A DNA stretch of 63,627 nucleotides, counting the filler, from Choristocarpus tenellus KU-1152 (lineage: Eukaryota > Protista > Phaeophyceae), in the NCBI GenBank assembly GCA_964200185.2. It is 13 parts of 13 records of this genome, joined end to end, with 100 filler letters (N's around TTAATTAATTAA, not from the genome) between each part and the next. Parts side by side here need not be neighbours in the genome. Positions count along the whole stretch, not along the records: positions 10,793 to 15,073 come from CAXNAD020015314.1; positions 15,174 to 19,060 come from CAXNAD020017356.1; positions 19,161 to 31,214 come from CAXNAD020002006.1; 10 more parts are not named here. One strand, written 5' to 3'. Positions within the stretch are counted from its first letter, which is position 1; the number at the start of each line of letters is the position of its first letter. The notes beneath the pieces are model-generated. The model saw only the letters and a list, made by a program, of their open reading frames with translations, made no database searches and was not told where the DNA came from. This document shows, one piece after another, positions 13,600 through 26,600 of the stretch. The translations under genes were made by a program, and so were the position numbers.

Positions 13600-14400
13600 C
13601 AAGTGTGGTTTCATCATACTCCTCATACTGTTTCTTAATTGCCTTCACCATCTCCTCAACGGACCCAAACCGCTCCCCCATCACCCAGCATTTCAAAGGA
13701 CCTGAAGAAGCACAGGTCCACGATATTGAGGTTGGGGGAAATGGATGGCTGCGTCACAAGCCTAATCAACCACCCTCAGTCTCCCCTGGCCCTGACAAGA
13801 TTTCTGAGCTTCCCTTGCCCGTGTGGGGGGTGGCACCGTATTGCTGAACAACAATGTGCTTCCCCTGCAACCAAGGCATCTTGGTGGTCTTGAATACAGA
13901 CAGTAGCTCCTCCGTGTACCACTTCCTGTACCACAAATTGTCTAAAGTACAGTCCTGCTCATACACATCCCCCTTTTTATGGCTCGTGCTTATCCTGTCG
14001 GCCGTTTTTGGCGCACACACACGCTAAACACCAAGCTTTCCATCAAAGCTGTGAGCCGAATCTAGGCGGGCGTTGGCTGCAATGATCATGGTTTTGTGGA
14101 TATGACTCTTGTGTTGCACAGTAGGGATCCTGGAAGGTTGCTATAATCCTCATGTGGAAATACTCTAACCCTTCCACTTGATCGCAAGCAAAGTCCATTG
14201 TCCATACCTTTTGCCACGATTTAAGCTTGGGTTTGATCCAGCGGCGATTCGGCATAACCCCCATATCATCCAACCACCTGTTTATGGTGCTCATACTATA
14301 ATTCAGCCCCTTGGCGGCCACCTTCATTGTCGCCTGACGCCCTGTCAATGACCGATTTCCAGAGAGTTGATACTATATTGCGGCTGTCTTGGTCGGTGTG
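13600..14400 (-). pseudogene. Decayed Tc1/mariner-type transposase
   Basis: LNYSMSTINRWL...RRWIKPKLK; KMPWLQGKHIVVQQYGATPH; QPSISPNLNIVDLCFF; frameshifted; homologous to 37140-39130. Confidence 0.8.
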
Positions 14401-14526
14401 AACTCCGAAATAATCAGATGATACTTGATAACTGAGAGAAGCTGTGCTTTAGAAGGAGTAAATGTATACTCAGATTAGGCTAGATGTAGACAGATTTCTC
14501 CCAGGATATTTGTTTTGGGACCTAGT

Positions 14527-14789
14527 GAGTGAAAGTATCTTAGAGGGTACGAGTTTTGCCCCTTTTGTCCGTTTGGGGCTTGGCTTCCCTCGGGGTTTTT
14601 TCATGACATTTTCCTACTCCAAAATGTTTTGTAGTAGGTAAAATGTACACGTTATGAGAAAAGGTGTGTCCGGAACAAGGATAATTGACACTTGCTAACA
14701 AACACGATAGCCGAAATTACGTCAAAATCGCAATATTGGATTTTGGCCCCCATTTGGAAGCGGCTGTACCCTCTAAGATACTTTGACTC
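14527..14789 (-). mobile_element. MITE family A copy (reverse)
   Basis: Full TIRs; flanks AGT/ATT. Confidence 0.92.
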
Positions 14790-15047
14790 ATTCCCCAATT
14801 GCAGACACTTCTGTCCTCGGGGATCTAGGCTGTGCCAAGAGAACACTCACTCGAGATACCTCTATGGTGTTGGCCTGGTCCTGTGGCCTGTTCCTGGCGG
14901 GATTTAGGGTCATCTCCTGGGGGCTTCCGACGTCTGCTGATCCTCTGGGATCGTTCTAGTGACCACGCGGTCAATTCCTGGATATTTGCTGATGCTAACC
15001 AGGTGAACCGTTCCTCTCTCAATAACTTTGCATCATTGACCAGTAAA

Positions 15048-15073
15048 GACCCAAAGTATCTGGGAGGGGGGGG
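15048..15073 (+). mobile_element. MITE family B end at a contig break
   Basis: GACCCAAAGTATCTGGGAGG followed by poly-G. Confidence 0.75.
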
Positions 15074-15272
15074 NNNNNNNNNNNNNNNNNNNNNNNNNNN
15101 NNNNNNNNNNNNNNNNNTTAATTAATTAANNNNNNNNNNNNNNNNNNNNNNNNNNNNNNNNNNNNNNNNNNNNAAGGTGGAAAGAGTGTTTCCCCCCCCC
15201 CCCGTCAAACATGGTAAAGAAAATCACTATCACTCACACACACTTTCCGCAATGCTGAATGAAAAACAATAG

Positions 15273-18200
15273 GTAGTATTTGATCGTTTTGATCCATCTG
15301 GAAGTGGAGTCTTGGACACTTCAGCGGTCCGTGCAGCACTGGAGTACATGGATCGTGATGTGAGCAAAGAGGCGTGTTCAGCATGGTTAGCAGATAAAGA
15401 GCGACACGGCACTGTAGTGGGATTCATTGACTTCACCACAGCGTGAGTGGTGGGAACATTCCTTTTCATGACCGTCCTTGGTTCTTGTAACAACACTGAG
15501 CAGACAACAGCTCCACTTTGGAAAGGATAGTTCCCCTCTGAATGCTACAGATAAGAGCAGCTTGCAGGTGCAAAACGTCCGCCAGATCGGTTGGCAGGCG
15601 CATGGGATACTAAGAATGCATACAACTTACAGGTGGTGTTTGCATGTTTTGTGGAGGAATCAGGAAGGGATGAGTCTGTCCACCTGGGCAAGCAAAAAGT
15701 GTACACCTGTACCATAGGAACACTTGAAATTTACACTCAGTTAGGGTGTACTGAGTATGTGAGATCAGGCAATGGAATGTGGACTGAAAGAGGAGATATG
15801 GGAAGAGTCAAAGTATGTTAGAGGGTAGAGCCGTGTCCTTTGGGGGTCAAAATCCACTGTTGATATTTTGATGTAATTTTGACTATCATGTTTGCTAGGA
15901 AGTGTCAATATCCTTATTCCAGGCACACCTTTCATAACGTAAACATTATACCTATTCCTAAACATTTCGGGGTAGGAAAATGTCATTAAAAAAACTTGAG
16001 GGAAGCCAAGCCCCAAACGGACAAACAGGGCAAAACTCGTACCCTCTAAAATACCTTTACTCGAATTTACTGTTTGCATGTGTGCATTAAAGCAGGTAGG
16101 GGTGACTCAACAGCTATCGAAATGATCATTGTACGTACATACTAAATTCTTGTTCAGGTAGAACACCCACACTTGCATGGGGTTTCCAGGTCAGAGTGAG
16201 TACAAACCTAGTTCTACTACAATGACACTTCCTGGGGCGCAGGGTACTTGAGACCCCCTACTGTATACCTGGAGTACTCTTGAATATCACATAAGTATGC
16301 TCAACACATATCGTTCCACACATCCACATCTTCAATGCTGTTATGGCACTTGTATGATCTTGCATATCATAGCTACTCTGCGCTATTTGTTGGAGAAGAC
16401 CCTGACATCCACTTGGGTGACATGAGTCCGTACAATGAGAGAGAATGCATATCGTTTACTGGCTCTGGGCATGTACAGCTCCCAATGAAGCGTCCAAGGA
16501 CACCCAACAGAGCAGAGGGTATGGAGGACCAGGACTCTGGCAGGGTCAGGTCAAACAAAGGCGAGGGGGAAATAGGATGGGGAAGCAGCAGCTCAGAGAG
16601 CGAGGGTGAGCACCAGTCAACCTCCGGACATGATCACTGGAGAGGGGGGCCCAAGGTGAGGGAATGGCATTTAGGTTGGAACTGTTACAACCAGGAAGGA
16701 CTATTACCATTATGGTTTTCATCATTACTCACGTTCAATTATTTATTTATTTTTCTGCATAGTTGGAAGTTCAACTCATGTTCATACTTTTGCCAGGATA
16801 CATCCAATTCATACAACATGATGATGATGTCGCCTTTTGTTTGTTACTAATCTTAAAGTGTTCTGGTGGTACCAGCGTTCTCACAACAGGAAATTACAAG
16901 CCATCATAGTTGAAATACGTTAAGGCTCCACTTCCATGCACCCATGGAACATGGAGAGGTTTCCACGTAATCCAGCCTTTTTTGCTTTGAAACAAGACAG
17001 CACTGGGTTACAAAGTTCAACATCTTTGCCATTAGTGTTGATGTGTCAAGCTTTGGTTGTCAAGTTACTGTACATGAGGTAGAGATGCACAGAACTGGTA
17101 TCCCTGAGCGCACCCATAGATAGGAAAGTTAGTCTAGGAGCAAAACAGATGACTTACCTAGTTCAGAACTACCTCAGTACCTCAAAGTATAAGATAGATC
17201 GTACTATTGTAAAGTAATGCAAGGAGTGGCCATGGAGATGTCCCCCTGCATCCATGCATAACTTTGCTTCTATTGAGAAATTCGTGCGGGCTACACACAA
17301 GAACACCATTGACTAGCGCTTGAGAGACTAGCGCATTCACTTACTTCAAGTTTACTACCAAAGACTTTATTCATGTGTCAATAATGAGCTGTGGATGGGG
17401 TGCATAACATCCTCTCCCCTAAAATCCCGGTATGTCAGAGACAAAGTATCTTAGAGGGTAGAGCCGCGTCCATTTTGGGGTCAAAATCCAATGATGCGAT
17501 TTTGATGTAATTTTGGCTATCGCGTTTGTTCGGAAGTGTCAAGATCTATGTTTCGGACACACCTTTTCATAACGTACACATTTTACCTACTCCTAAACAC
17601 TTTGGAATAGGAAAATGTAACAAAAACTCCATGGAAAGCCAAGCTTCAAATGGACAAACAGGGCAAAACTCGTACCCTCTAAGATACTTTCACTCTCAAG
17701 TATTGCTCAACAAGTAGATTGGACACACTGTCCTAAAATGTGGAATTTTTCGATCCAAACTCAATGCAGTGTTGGTGATCCTTGATGTACAGACCTAGAG
17801 CCCTGGCTACCATTGGTTCTTCCAAGCAGGATATACACTTTTACGGTCATTTGGGGATGTTGATGCACTCCCAATTGTTCCAAGCTCCAGTTTTGTGGAA
17901 GGAATTACATATGATGTTGTCTGCGCCAATGGGGGCTACTACCTAGCAAACATTGTTCCTACACTCTACTCCTCCTAAAAGCGTGCACTTAGGACACCAT
18001 TTCAAACGTCTTAACAGTCGCTGCACGGGTAAGTTTCTTTTTTTTCTGCTGATCCTACCCATACAACTCTCATGGGAATCCTTATCCAAACTATATCACA
18101 ATGTCAAGTTGATCCTCCTCAAGGATTAGAGTGGAACATGATGGCTGGGATAGAAAAAGAAATCAAGCCTTCAATTCAAAATGGACAAAGAGCAGACTCA

Positions 18201-18686
18201 GGTGGCTTTTGCCACATACCACAGGTAGCGGCTGTGTAGGTCCGCCAAAACAACTCTGCTCCTGTTCTGACTAGAGTTAACAATTCGCTGGCACCAACTT
18301 CTTCCCTTGGAAAATTAAAAAAAAAAAAAAAACATAACAGTTACCACAGCTCAAAATAATACAAAACCACTCAAAATGCCTTCAAAACATCCATCAAGGT
18401 TAACGGTGTTAAAGCCACACGAGGGCGCTCCAAGGACTGGGAAAGAATCGCTGGAAGTAACAGCAACCGTGCTGCAGGTTTCAGTACAACTGGGCAGGCA
18501 TTTGAGGCCCTGCGCTCTGTACGAGAGCTAGCAGAAGTGAAACAAGTGTTTGACCGCTTTGCTGTGGATGGTCTTCTTACAGCCAATGAGGCCCTCCAGG
18601 CCCTTACAGAAGCAGGTTGCACAGCCCCACGCACACACACCAGCCGCTACCTTCGCAGTCGCAGATTTTTTGGACTCCGACGTGAG
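15273..18686 (+). CDS. EF-hand domain protein, internal exons 15273-15442, 16373-16655, 18399-18686 (partial)
   Basis: VVFDRFDPSGSGVLDTSAVRAALEYM...VGFIDFTTAYSALF and EVKQVFDRFAVDGLLTANEALQALTEAG; phase-consistent splice sites. Confidence 0.75.
15805..16062 (+). mobile_element. MITE family A copy (intronic)
   Basis: TIRs; TSD GAA/GAA. Confidence 0.93.
17438..17695 (+). mobile_element. MITE family A copy (intronic)
   Basis: TIRs; TSD TCA/TCA. Confidence 0.94.
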
Positions 18687-19011
18687 GTAAGAGGGATGGG
18701 ACCAAAAGTGTGGAGATTTCTTATAGCAATTGGCACCATCCTAATTGGGCAAATGTACTAATGACTATGCTATTTCGCAATTACACATAGCACTACAATA
18801 TTTCCTCTTCAAGTGGGAGGCCATGCTAGATTGAAGAAAGGTTCATCATAGAAATTTGTCAAGAGTACACAGGCAATATAGTGATGCCAAAGACATTAAT
18901 AAATGAACCCGTCACTAGCTCCAGCAAATACAGGCAGAGTGCACAGGGTGAATGCTGGGAGCCTCAGAAATATGCTAGTGCCCTATTCCTGAGGAAGTAG
19001 GTCACCCTCCC

Positions 19012-19060
19012 GATCCAAAGTATCTGGGAGGGGGGGGGGGTCTACACCAGGGTGTCCATT
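19012..19060 (+). mobile_element. MITE family B long end at a contig break
   Basis: GATCCAAAGTATCTGGGAG, poly-G, TCTACACCAGGGTGTCCATT. Confidence 0.8.
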
Positions 19061-19738
19061 NNNNNNNNNNNNNNNNNNNNNNNNNNNNNNNNNNNNNNNN
19101 NNNNTTAATTAATTAANNNNNNNNNNNNNNNNNNNNNNNNNNNNNNNNNNNNNNNNNNNNCCCCCCAGATATTTTGACCCCCCTCTCTTTCTCCAAGGAG
19201 GGGATGCGAGTTTGTGCAAATAGGACAATAGTGAGGTGTACCTTATTTTGTATGTGACATTATTGCGTTGAATTGAGTCCAAGTGATGTCACTAATGAGA
19301 TAGCATACATCTGAATTATCTATGGAGTTCGGTATTGCAGTTAAACTGTTCTGACGCTAATAATTATGAAGGAACAAGCAATAAGAAGACAGCTCACAAG
19401 GTCACTCTTCTTTTCAACCATGTAATCACATTCAGCAATGGGGAACCATATGAGCCTCCACTCCTTCTTGTCTTCACTACGGATCAAATGGCAATACCTT
19501 CCTAGGGAAATTGCGCAGAATTCAATACGAGAAGAATGTGATCATCGACGGGAAAGCTGGCATTGCAGAAGCGGTGGTAGAGCAGCTGAGCAACCTGACA
19601 ACCTTCAACAAAAGGGAGTATATCCCCGAAGGGGAAATGGGAAGGGCGAACAAATCAAGTAGACTAGAGATGCCAAATAACTTCGACTGGTTTGTGTTAG
19701 CGATGGTCAATATCTCCCGCTACGGAGAGAAGTGGAAT

Positions 19739-20008
19739 GGGTCAAAGTAACTGTGGGGGGAGGGGGTCTAGCCCAGGGTGTCCACTCGAGTCCTGACCAG
19801 GTGTTGGAAAGATGGTCTATTTGAGTGTCTATAGTCGTGGGGGGTTGGTCCTGTTTTGATTATGTCTGGAATATCCTGCACTTCGGATATGTCCTTAGCA
19901 CATGGATTTGTGTGGAGTTTGTTATCATGTGAAGATCAAAACAAAGTCGCGACATGGAAAACTGGGCCCCGAATGGACATCCACCACCACCACCAGATAC
20001 TTTGACTC
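19739..20008 (+). mobile_element. Longer (270 bp) variant of MITE family B
   Basis: GGGTCAAAGTAACTG...CCAGATACTTTGACTC; flanks GAAT/AAAT. Confidence 0.85.
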
Positions 20009-21597
20009 AAATCAGGGCAGAGGAGGACAACAGAAGTAACCGAAGATTTAGGGGAGGCGAGGAGTAAGATGATAATGTTTTACACGGGGAACAATCCAGT
20101 ACTGATCGAGCACCCAAGGATTGTCGACGCGGTGTATTCAGCAGTGGGGGAAGATTTAGCAACATGGGTAAAGGAACTATCACGGAATGCAGAGATAATA
20201 GGCCATAAGTACGCTTCACCCTGGCCGCCTAAAGTGTGGCTCGCCTCCCCCGCTGCCACGGTTCAAAATGCTGGATATAACTCTGAGCCAGGCCAAGAAA
20301 ATGCGGCTGTTCGTCTACAGCTCCGAACCGAGGTCACGATCCATGAAGAGGATGGGCATAAGGGGGGAGCAAAGGTCATCTAAGTCCCCCAAGACCTGAA
20401 GAACGGATACGAGAAGAACACCATCAGGGGAAAGGAGAGAGTACAACCCGTGCTTGGCGTTTGTAACAGGGAAGGAGTGTGACTTTATGAAACACAACAG
20501 TTCTGCAAATTCGACCACTTCAAAGAAAGAGAGAAGAAAGGGAAACGAGTGAAGGATGGGGAGGAGAAGAAAAGAGGGGAAAGGAACAGGAGACAACAAC
20601 CAAGGAGAAAGACCCCCAAGGATACGGGTTCATCCTCCACAGGGGTGGGCCGGTAAAACGAGATCCCTGGACATCAAGGCTGGCTCAGCACACTCATCTG
20701 TCAAAGGGATACCGAGACCAGGGTCTCTCCACCAGTCAATCCAAGGTAGAGGTGGAGGGTGAGGCGTTGGTCTAGATAGAACTGAAGATTGGTTTGGGAC
20801 TTGGGAAAGGTTGAAAGGGGAGGAAGAGGCATCTGAGAGAACACCGTAGGATCTAAGAGAGTTGAAAATAAAGGAAGAAGGGTTGCTGGATGAGGTCGGG
20901 GGGGGGGTTGCAACGATTGGTGTCTAGGTTGGGACAGAGATGGAGCCCTAAGAACATGGATTGGGGTAGGATTGAGGGCAATTTTGGAAAGAACATCGGG
21001 TAGGATTGTGTTTGTCCCCAGCGGGAGTTGTTCAACAACTGACCAAGGTTAGAATTATCCATGATTTGTCGTGTCAGCAAGATAGTTGGGGACCAAGTGT
21101 GAATGCCGACAAGATTTTGAGGCTGTTCCCCCTGTGCATTGTGGTACGGTGCTAGTAGATGTGATCAATTGAATAATGGATTTATGGAAGAAATTCTCAA
21201 AGGACTATCATTAGCAAGACGGATAATAAGGATGCCTTTCGCCAATTACCAGTTGATCCGAGAGTAGCGACTAGGTCCGGATACTCTGTTGGCGATTTTG
21301 TGGTGATAGATTTCAGGCTTCATTTTGTATGCAGGAGTAGTCCAGGATGGTGGATTTTATGACAAGTGCTCTTGAATTTTTTCATTGTATGTCAATTCCC
21401 CTGCCTGCTGTTGTAATCCCCGAAACCTGAAGAATTACTGTAGGTATGAGTTGTCTCTCTACAGAAAGACATGCGGAGGGCATGTAAGTTGGATGAGACA
21501 TTTTAAATTCCAGCAGTTGATGGGGAGGGGGTAGATGACCCGTTTTTGCTAAGATGTATGTGGATAACATTAATCTTGTGGAGATACAATGGTTTGA

Positions 21598-21823
21598 GGG
21601 TTAAAGTATCTGGGAGGGGGGTGCCGGCGTCCGTTTTTGACCCTGGTTCAAAGTATCTGGGGGAGTGGCGGCTGTCCATTTGGCGCCAATTTTTTCATGT
21701 GTCGCGATTTCCTGGTGATTTGGTTCCATACGTTGGATGGATAATGAAAGCGCACTTTTCCTGGTTTTCGTCCAAATGGACACCCTGGTGTAGACCCCCC
21801 CCCCCCCACAGATACTTTGAGTC
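21598..21823 (-). mobile_element. Composite MITE: a variant end (21598-21643) fused to a complete family B copy (21645-21823)
   Basis: Two same-direction TIRs at 21598 and 21645, one opposing TIR at 21823; outer flanks TGA/TGA. Confidence 0.85.
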
Positions 21824-22690
21824 TGAAGATGGGAGAAGATTACAGTCGACAACAAATTCCTTATTATCTGACTATATACGACTGCTAGGCTCTAGGAAAG
21901 AAGGGGAACTCCCCATTTTGTCAACTAAAAGGCTTGCAGGGTGGCCTACCCCACAAATAGTAGTTGGGTGGAAGATTGTTCCAGACGTTGTGTTGCCAGG
22001 AGGAAAATTAAGGGGATCGAAGAGACTGTGGAGTGACCAGAGTCTAGCTCAGCAGCATGGATACGGCATGTGTGGGTACTAATAGGAAAACATTTCTGAC
22101 CGGGCCAATTTTTCCTTTGGTGGCTGGTGTGTCTGTTAGGGCTACACCAGTATGGGGACTGGCTGGGTAGGATAGCAAAAGGTAGAGGTCAGAGAGAACA
22201 GAGTGCAGGAGAAAGGGCAGGAAACAGACAGGTTAGGATAAGCAGAGAATCCAGACAAGACTTGTACTGATGGAGGTGGGTAGTAGCGTGGAGACTGGTA
22301 GAAAAAGTGGAAAACCTGAGTTAATTCTTTTGGGGTTTCACGAGGAGACCACCAAGGATGACTTGTTTTTCAGATGCGTGGTTTACAGCAGTAGGGAGAT
22401 ACATTGTGAAGGTGGGTCAGTGGTGGACGTATTACTTCCCACAGGGCATAAAGAAGGATATTACGTGGAGTTTTGTGAAAGGGGAGGGAGGGAGGACGAT
22501 CATTTGTAGTAGAACATATTCCTGGAAAGGAGGATGGTATCTGGTAGATGGAATGTCTATATGGGATAGGAAAAAGAATCAGTGTAACCTCCAACATTCT
22601 TGTCCAAGTGTCCATTGGCAGGAGCAGTCCCTGGGTCGGGAAGGAGAAATGATGTGTTTGAGTGCCTTGTAGCCGTGTATGCTAGAGGAT

Positions 22691-22869
22691 GGCTCAAAGT
22701 ACCTGGAGGGGGGGAGGGGGTCTACACCAGGGTGTACATTTGGGCCTGACCAGGAGAAGTGCCCTTGCATTATCCATCCGATGCATGCATCTAAATCACC
22801 CCAAAATCGCGACATGGAAAAATGGACTCCGAATGGACAGCCTCCACCCCCCCCTAGATACTTTGAGCC
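22691..22869 (+). mobile_element. MITE family B copy
   Basis: GGCTCAAAGTACCTGG...CTAGATACTTTGAGCC. Confidence 0.92.
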
Positions 22870-23121
22870 ATGAAGCTCTAGACACAACATATGCGATGCT
22901 GTAATGAGGAGTGCACAGGGAAAAGTCAATTCAATATCATATTAATCCCTGTAATAGTAACATCTATCCTTTCTACACTCTCCACACATAACCTTACCTT
23001 ACTAATCTTACCTCGTTTTCTTCGTTTGTACTCCTTTCTTTGTAGTGATTCACTTCACATTTATTTATTTGTCTGAAAGACACATTTCAGATTTCAAGAT
23101 GATACATATATATATATATTA

Positions 23122-23466
23122 TACTGTACCAAAAGCCTGATCCTTTGTGCATGTAAATCTTCGTGACGACCTCCATTTTCAAGACGAACTTTTGCATTGG
23201 ATTCCTTGACGTTTTTGGCATTAGATTACCTTTCCTCTTTAGCTTAACACCGTCAATCCACCAATTCAGTGCCTTGTGGGTCTATCTATGCCTGCCTAAC
23301 TTCTATTCCATATTTTCAGAGCATTTTCGGTATATATTTTTCACAAGTACGTTTAATCTTACCTAAATTCTGCCGAGGAATCCAACGCAAAAGTCCGTTT
23401 TGAAGTCGGAGGTCATTCCCAAGAGGTACATGCATAAAGGAACAGACTTATGGGACAGATGTAGTA
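23122..23466. mobile_element. Stowaway-like MITE with imperfect TIRs of about 90 bp in a TA-rich site
   Basis: CTGTACCAAAAGCCTGATCCTTT...CTTTTGCATTGGATTCC mirrored by GGAATCCAACGCAAAAG...AAAGGAACAGACTTATGGGACAGATGTAGTA. Confidence 0.75.
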
Positions 23467-23656
23467 TATATATTATTTTATCTTCATCTCACATTTTGGA
23501 GATGTAGTGTAAAGAAAATATGTATCGTAGTAGTATGTACTGATACGGCGTATATTTTCATTTGTTGGTTGTAGATGGGGTTTAAAATATGGTCACATAA
23601 CATTGTCCTCAAGGTACTCCTCGTTTGGTCATTCAAAGTTTCAACCTCTCAAAGCC

Positions 23657-26600
23657 ATGCTTGGGGCCAAGAGGCGTACCATCGAAGATCTTGATGCTCT
23701 CTTCCAGTCGTCCTCCGCTCGGACCACCAAGGGAAAACGTCCTCGTGCCGGAGGCAGGGCAGCAGGGGAAGGACTAGGTGTCGTCTCCACCACATCAAGT
23801 GTCACATCTCCATCATCTGGGCATGGACAAGATAATAGCGAAAGCGCCGCAGTTGTGAAGAAGGTTCCCACCTCTCGGGTGAAGAGACGTGCAGGTGATG
23901 GAAAACTTGAATGGATGGTAAGGAATAACACTTACCTTTCAAAGCCACAAGATGAGGCAAGACATCTCCCTCCACGTCCAGACGTTGCACGGGTCTGCTT
24001 TCCCCTCCATTAAGCACGTGATATATGACTGTTAACAACTAGAGAAATCAAGGGGCCAAGACCAACAGCACTTTTATTTTTGCTTTTCTCGATTGCTGAC
24101 TATCCTCTTTCCCTGGGATTCGACTTACTCCATAGATTTTATCTTGTGCGAAGTTAACCATTGCATGGATGACTACGCGTGCTCTTTTGACTCACTCATG
24201 CCATTCTTCCTATCGCAGGCTCTAGACCCGTGGGCGAAGATGCGACCAGGGTGTCTGATCTCCTGTATTCCTGCATCCCAGCTTCCCTTGTCCCCTCGGG
24301 GTGGCGTGGGATTTTCAATGTCGAAACAGACGTTGAGACGGAGAGTGCTGGAGACTGTGTCGGTGGTGTTGGTTGCAGCATAGGGCATGGTGCAGAACGC
24401 TTAACGACCTTTGTGCGTAATGTGCTTGGATCGCACGGAGAAAAGACCGCTCAGGTACTCATTGACACCAACCTCCGAAAGAAGTTCCTGCACCTGGAGA
24501 ACGTATCTGCACAGGTCGAAGCGCGTAGCGCGAAGGCTGCTGCAGGACGATTGGTGGGACGGGAGTGGGGGGGTCTGAGTGGCAAGCAGTATAAACGAAA
24601 GGTGAAAAAATAAGAGTAGAAGGGATGTGTGAATTATTGCTGACAAGACCCTGGTGATGGAGGTAACTGTCCAATTTTTTGGTTCATTTATGCTTCAAAC
24701 GGCAAGAAGTGCGGTCGCCTCTCATGCTGAAAAGTGTACTTAGATGTATATTTTATCACGGAGCAAATATCTCCTTACGATACACAGATCTCGTTGGAGC
24801 AGAAGTGCAGCCTTGGGATGGATTGTAGCATCACAATAATATTAATCAGGTCAAGTTCCGGTAGTCCACTCTTAGGCATGCCACCCTTGCGTAGTCGCAT
24901 GGTTACTCCCAACAGCTGTACTACTTTGACATCCACTGGGTTTGCATTTGGCTTCTTTTTTGATATGTGGCGGAGAGTGAAGTTTGGAGATTTGCACTTA
25001 CTTGACACTACAACAGAACAATCTTAAGCTTGTCGCAGGAATGTATATGATACACCTCACCCCCTCAATTATATCCCTAATTTTGAGGGTCTCTAGCGTG
25101 TTCTGTTGTTGGACACACTGATAATAGTTTCTGCTGTAGGAGGAAGGGTTGGAAAAAGGTGGGTCTTATCCTCAGGGAATCTGAATGTGTTTATGACCTT
25201 GAAATAGCAATGGACTGTACACTGTAATGTGATATGCCTTGACTACCCCTTCAAAATCTCACCTCTTCACTTCTAAAGGGATTGCTCAAGTGGGAGTGCC
25301 AGGCCCAGAATGGAGGAAGACCCCTCCGCTTCAGGGACTTTATTGGTCTCCACGAAGCATGGAAGGACTATGCATTGCGGCTTGTTGAATTGCTCAAGTC
25401 TAACCGCCGCGCATTGCACCAGAGGTTGCTCAAGGCTGACTTGCAGGTGATTGTGTGTGCAAGTTTCTTATTTGTGTACTTGACTCTGCTTGTATACTCT
25501 CTTGCTCACCATTCATAGTTGACCCCTTTTTGGTGTGATCGAAGCATTATTATTGTTACTATTATTATTAAGGTTGGTTTTCATTTTTTGTGTATGGTGT
25601 GCATAATTCAATAACATAAGTTGGCGTATCGCATGGAGTCATACTGACACAAAGGGCATACCAAAAATAAAAACTATGGCTCTTGGATGGGTCCCATTGC
25701 CTTCATGCAATTACGTTAGCAAATTCAAGTCAGTGCAAGAAAAAGGAGTTAAAGAACCGAGAATGATTTAGTATGGACAAAGGAAACGTCAAGGTATCTC
25801 CAGAGATGGTCCCAAGTCAATACGACTTCGCACAAACCGAAATTGACTAATCCTTGTTTGGTGGCAGACATTGCGAGCTAGACCATCTTCGAGTATGCTA
25901 TGTTGTTACCATTTTCTTAGGCATGAAACGCCATCCAAGGTGGTATACCTTCAGGAAAGACCTGTAATCGTTACAAGGTTACAAGCTACACGGTATCGTC
26001 AAGTCTCGTTTACTTGGTCATGGCTTGTATTATGCACTCAGGCTTTATGTTCCGTTGCCGTAGTATGGTACGAGCGCAGGTGTAGCAAGGCCGTTTTAAT
26101 AAGTCAAGGAACTGTCTAATATCCATTCTACACTGCCGTCTCCAACCCTTGAGCCCTCAGCGACTTCACTCTTGCCCTGTGCAGCTATGTGGAGATATTC
26201 GCTGTTTGAGCATGTTCAGTCTTAGCTTTTCTATTGGCACCGAAGAGTTGGTTCAGCAGAGGGAGGTGGAGAAACACTCGCTGTATCAACCCTGTGTCTC
26301 AGTCTTGTCTTCTGATACTTGGCACCTCATTCCTCCTTAGCCACCCTCACTTTAAGAGCTTTCAAAACAAACTGAATCCTTCACTGCCTCTTCCCCTTGG
26401 CACAGCGCCAAGGTCTCAGTCACATCCGCCTGCTCTTGTAAGTACAATTCCTCAGCCTCGATGGCGTTGTTTTTAGTGGGTGTTTTGATAGCCTTGATGT
26501 CAAGGCTGGTCAATGCCTCCTGCAAGTCAGTCTTTCAGCTTATGCCACCCCCCTATTCAAGAGTCCCTGGCCACAGGTGCTAGCTGAAGACAAAACACAA

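Larger units (their letters stand above)
19440..22680 (+). mobile_element. Decayed DIRS/Ngaro-like retrotransposon (gag-like, RT and RNase H remnants) interrupted by MITEs
   Basis: KDAFRQLPVDP...FVVIDFRLHFVCRSSPGWW near 21230-21355; AKMYVDN (YVDD-like) near 21550; FSDAWFTAVGRY RNase H-like near 22370; many stops. Confidence 0.65.

Noticed and set aside
21546-22082. 178-aa ORF and other short ORFs running through MITEs
   Set aside because: Chance read-through of repeat sequence
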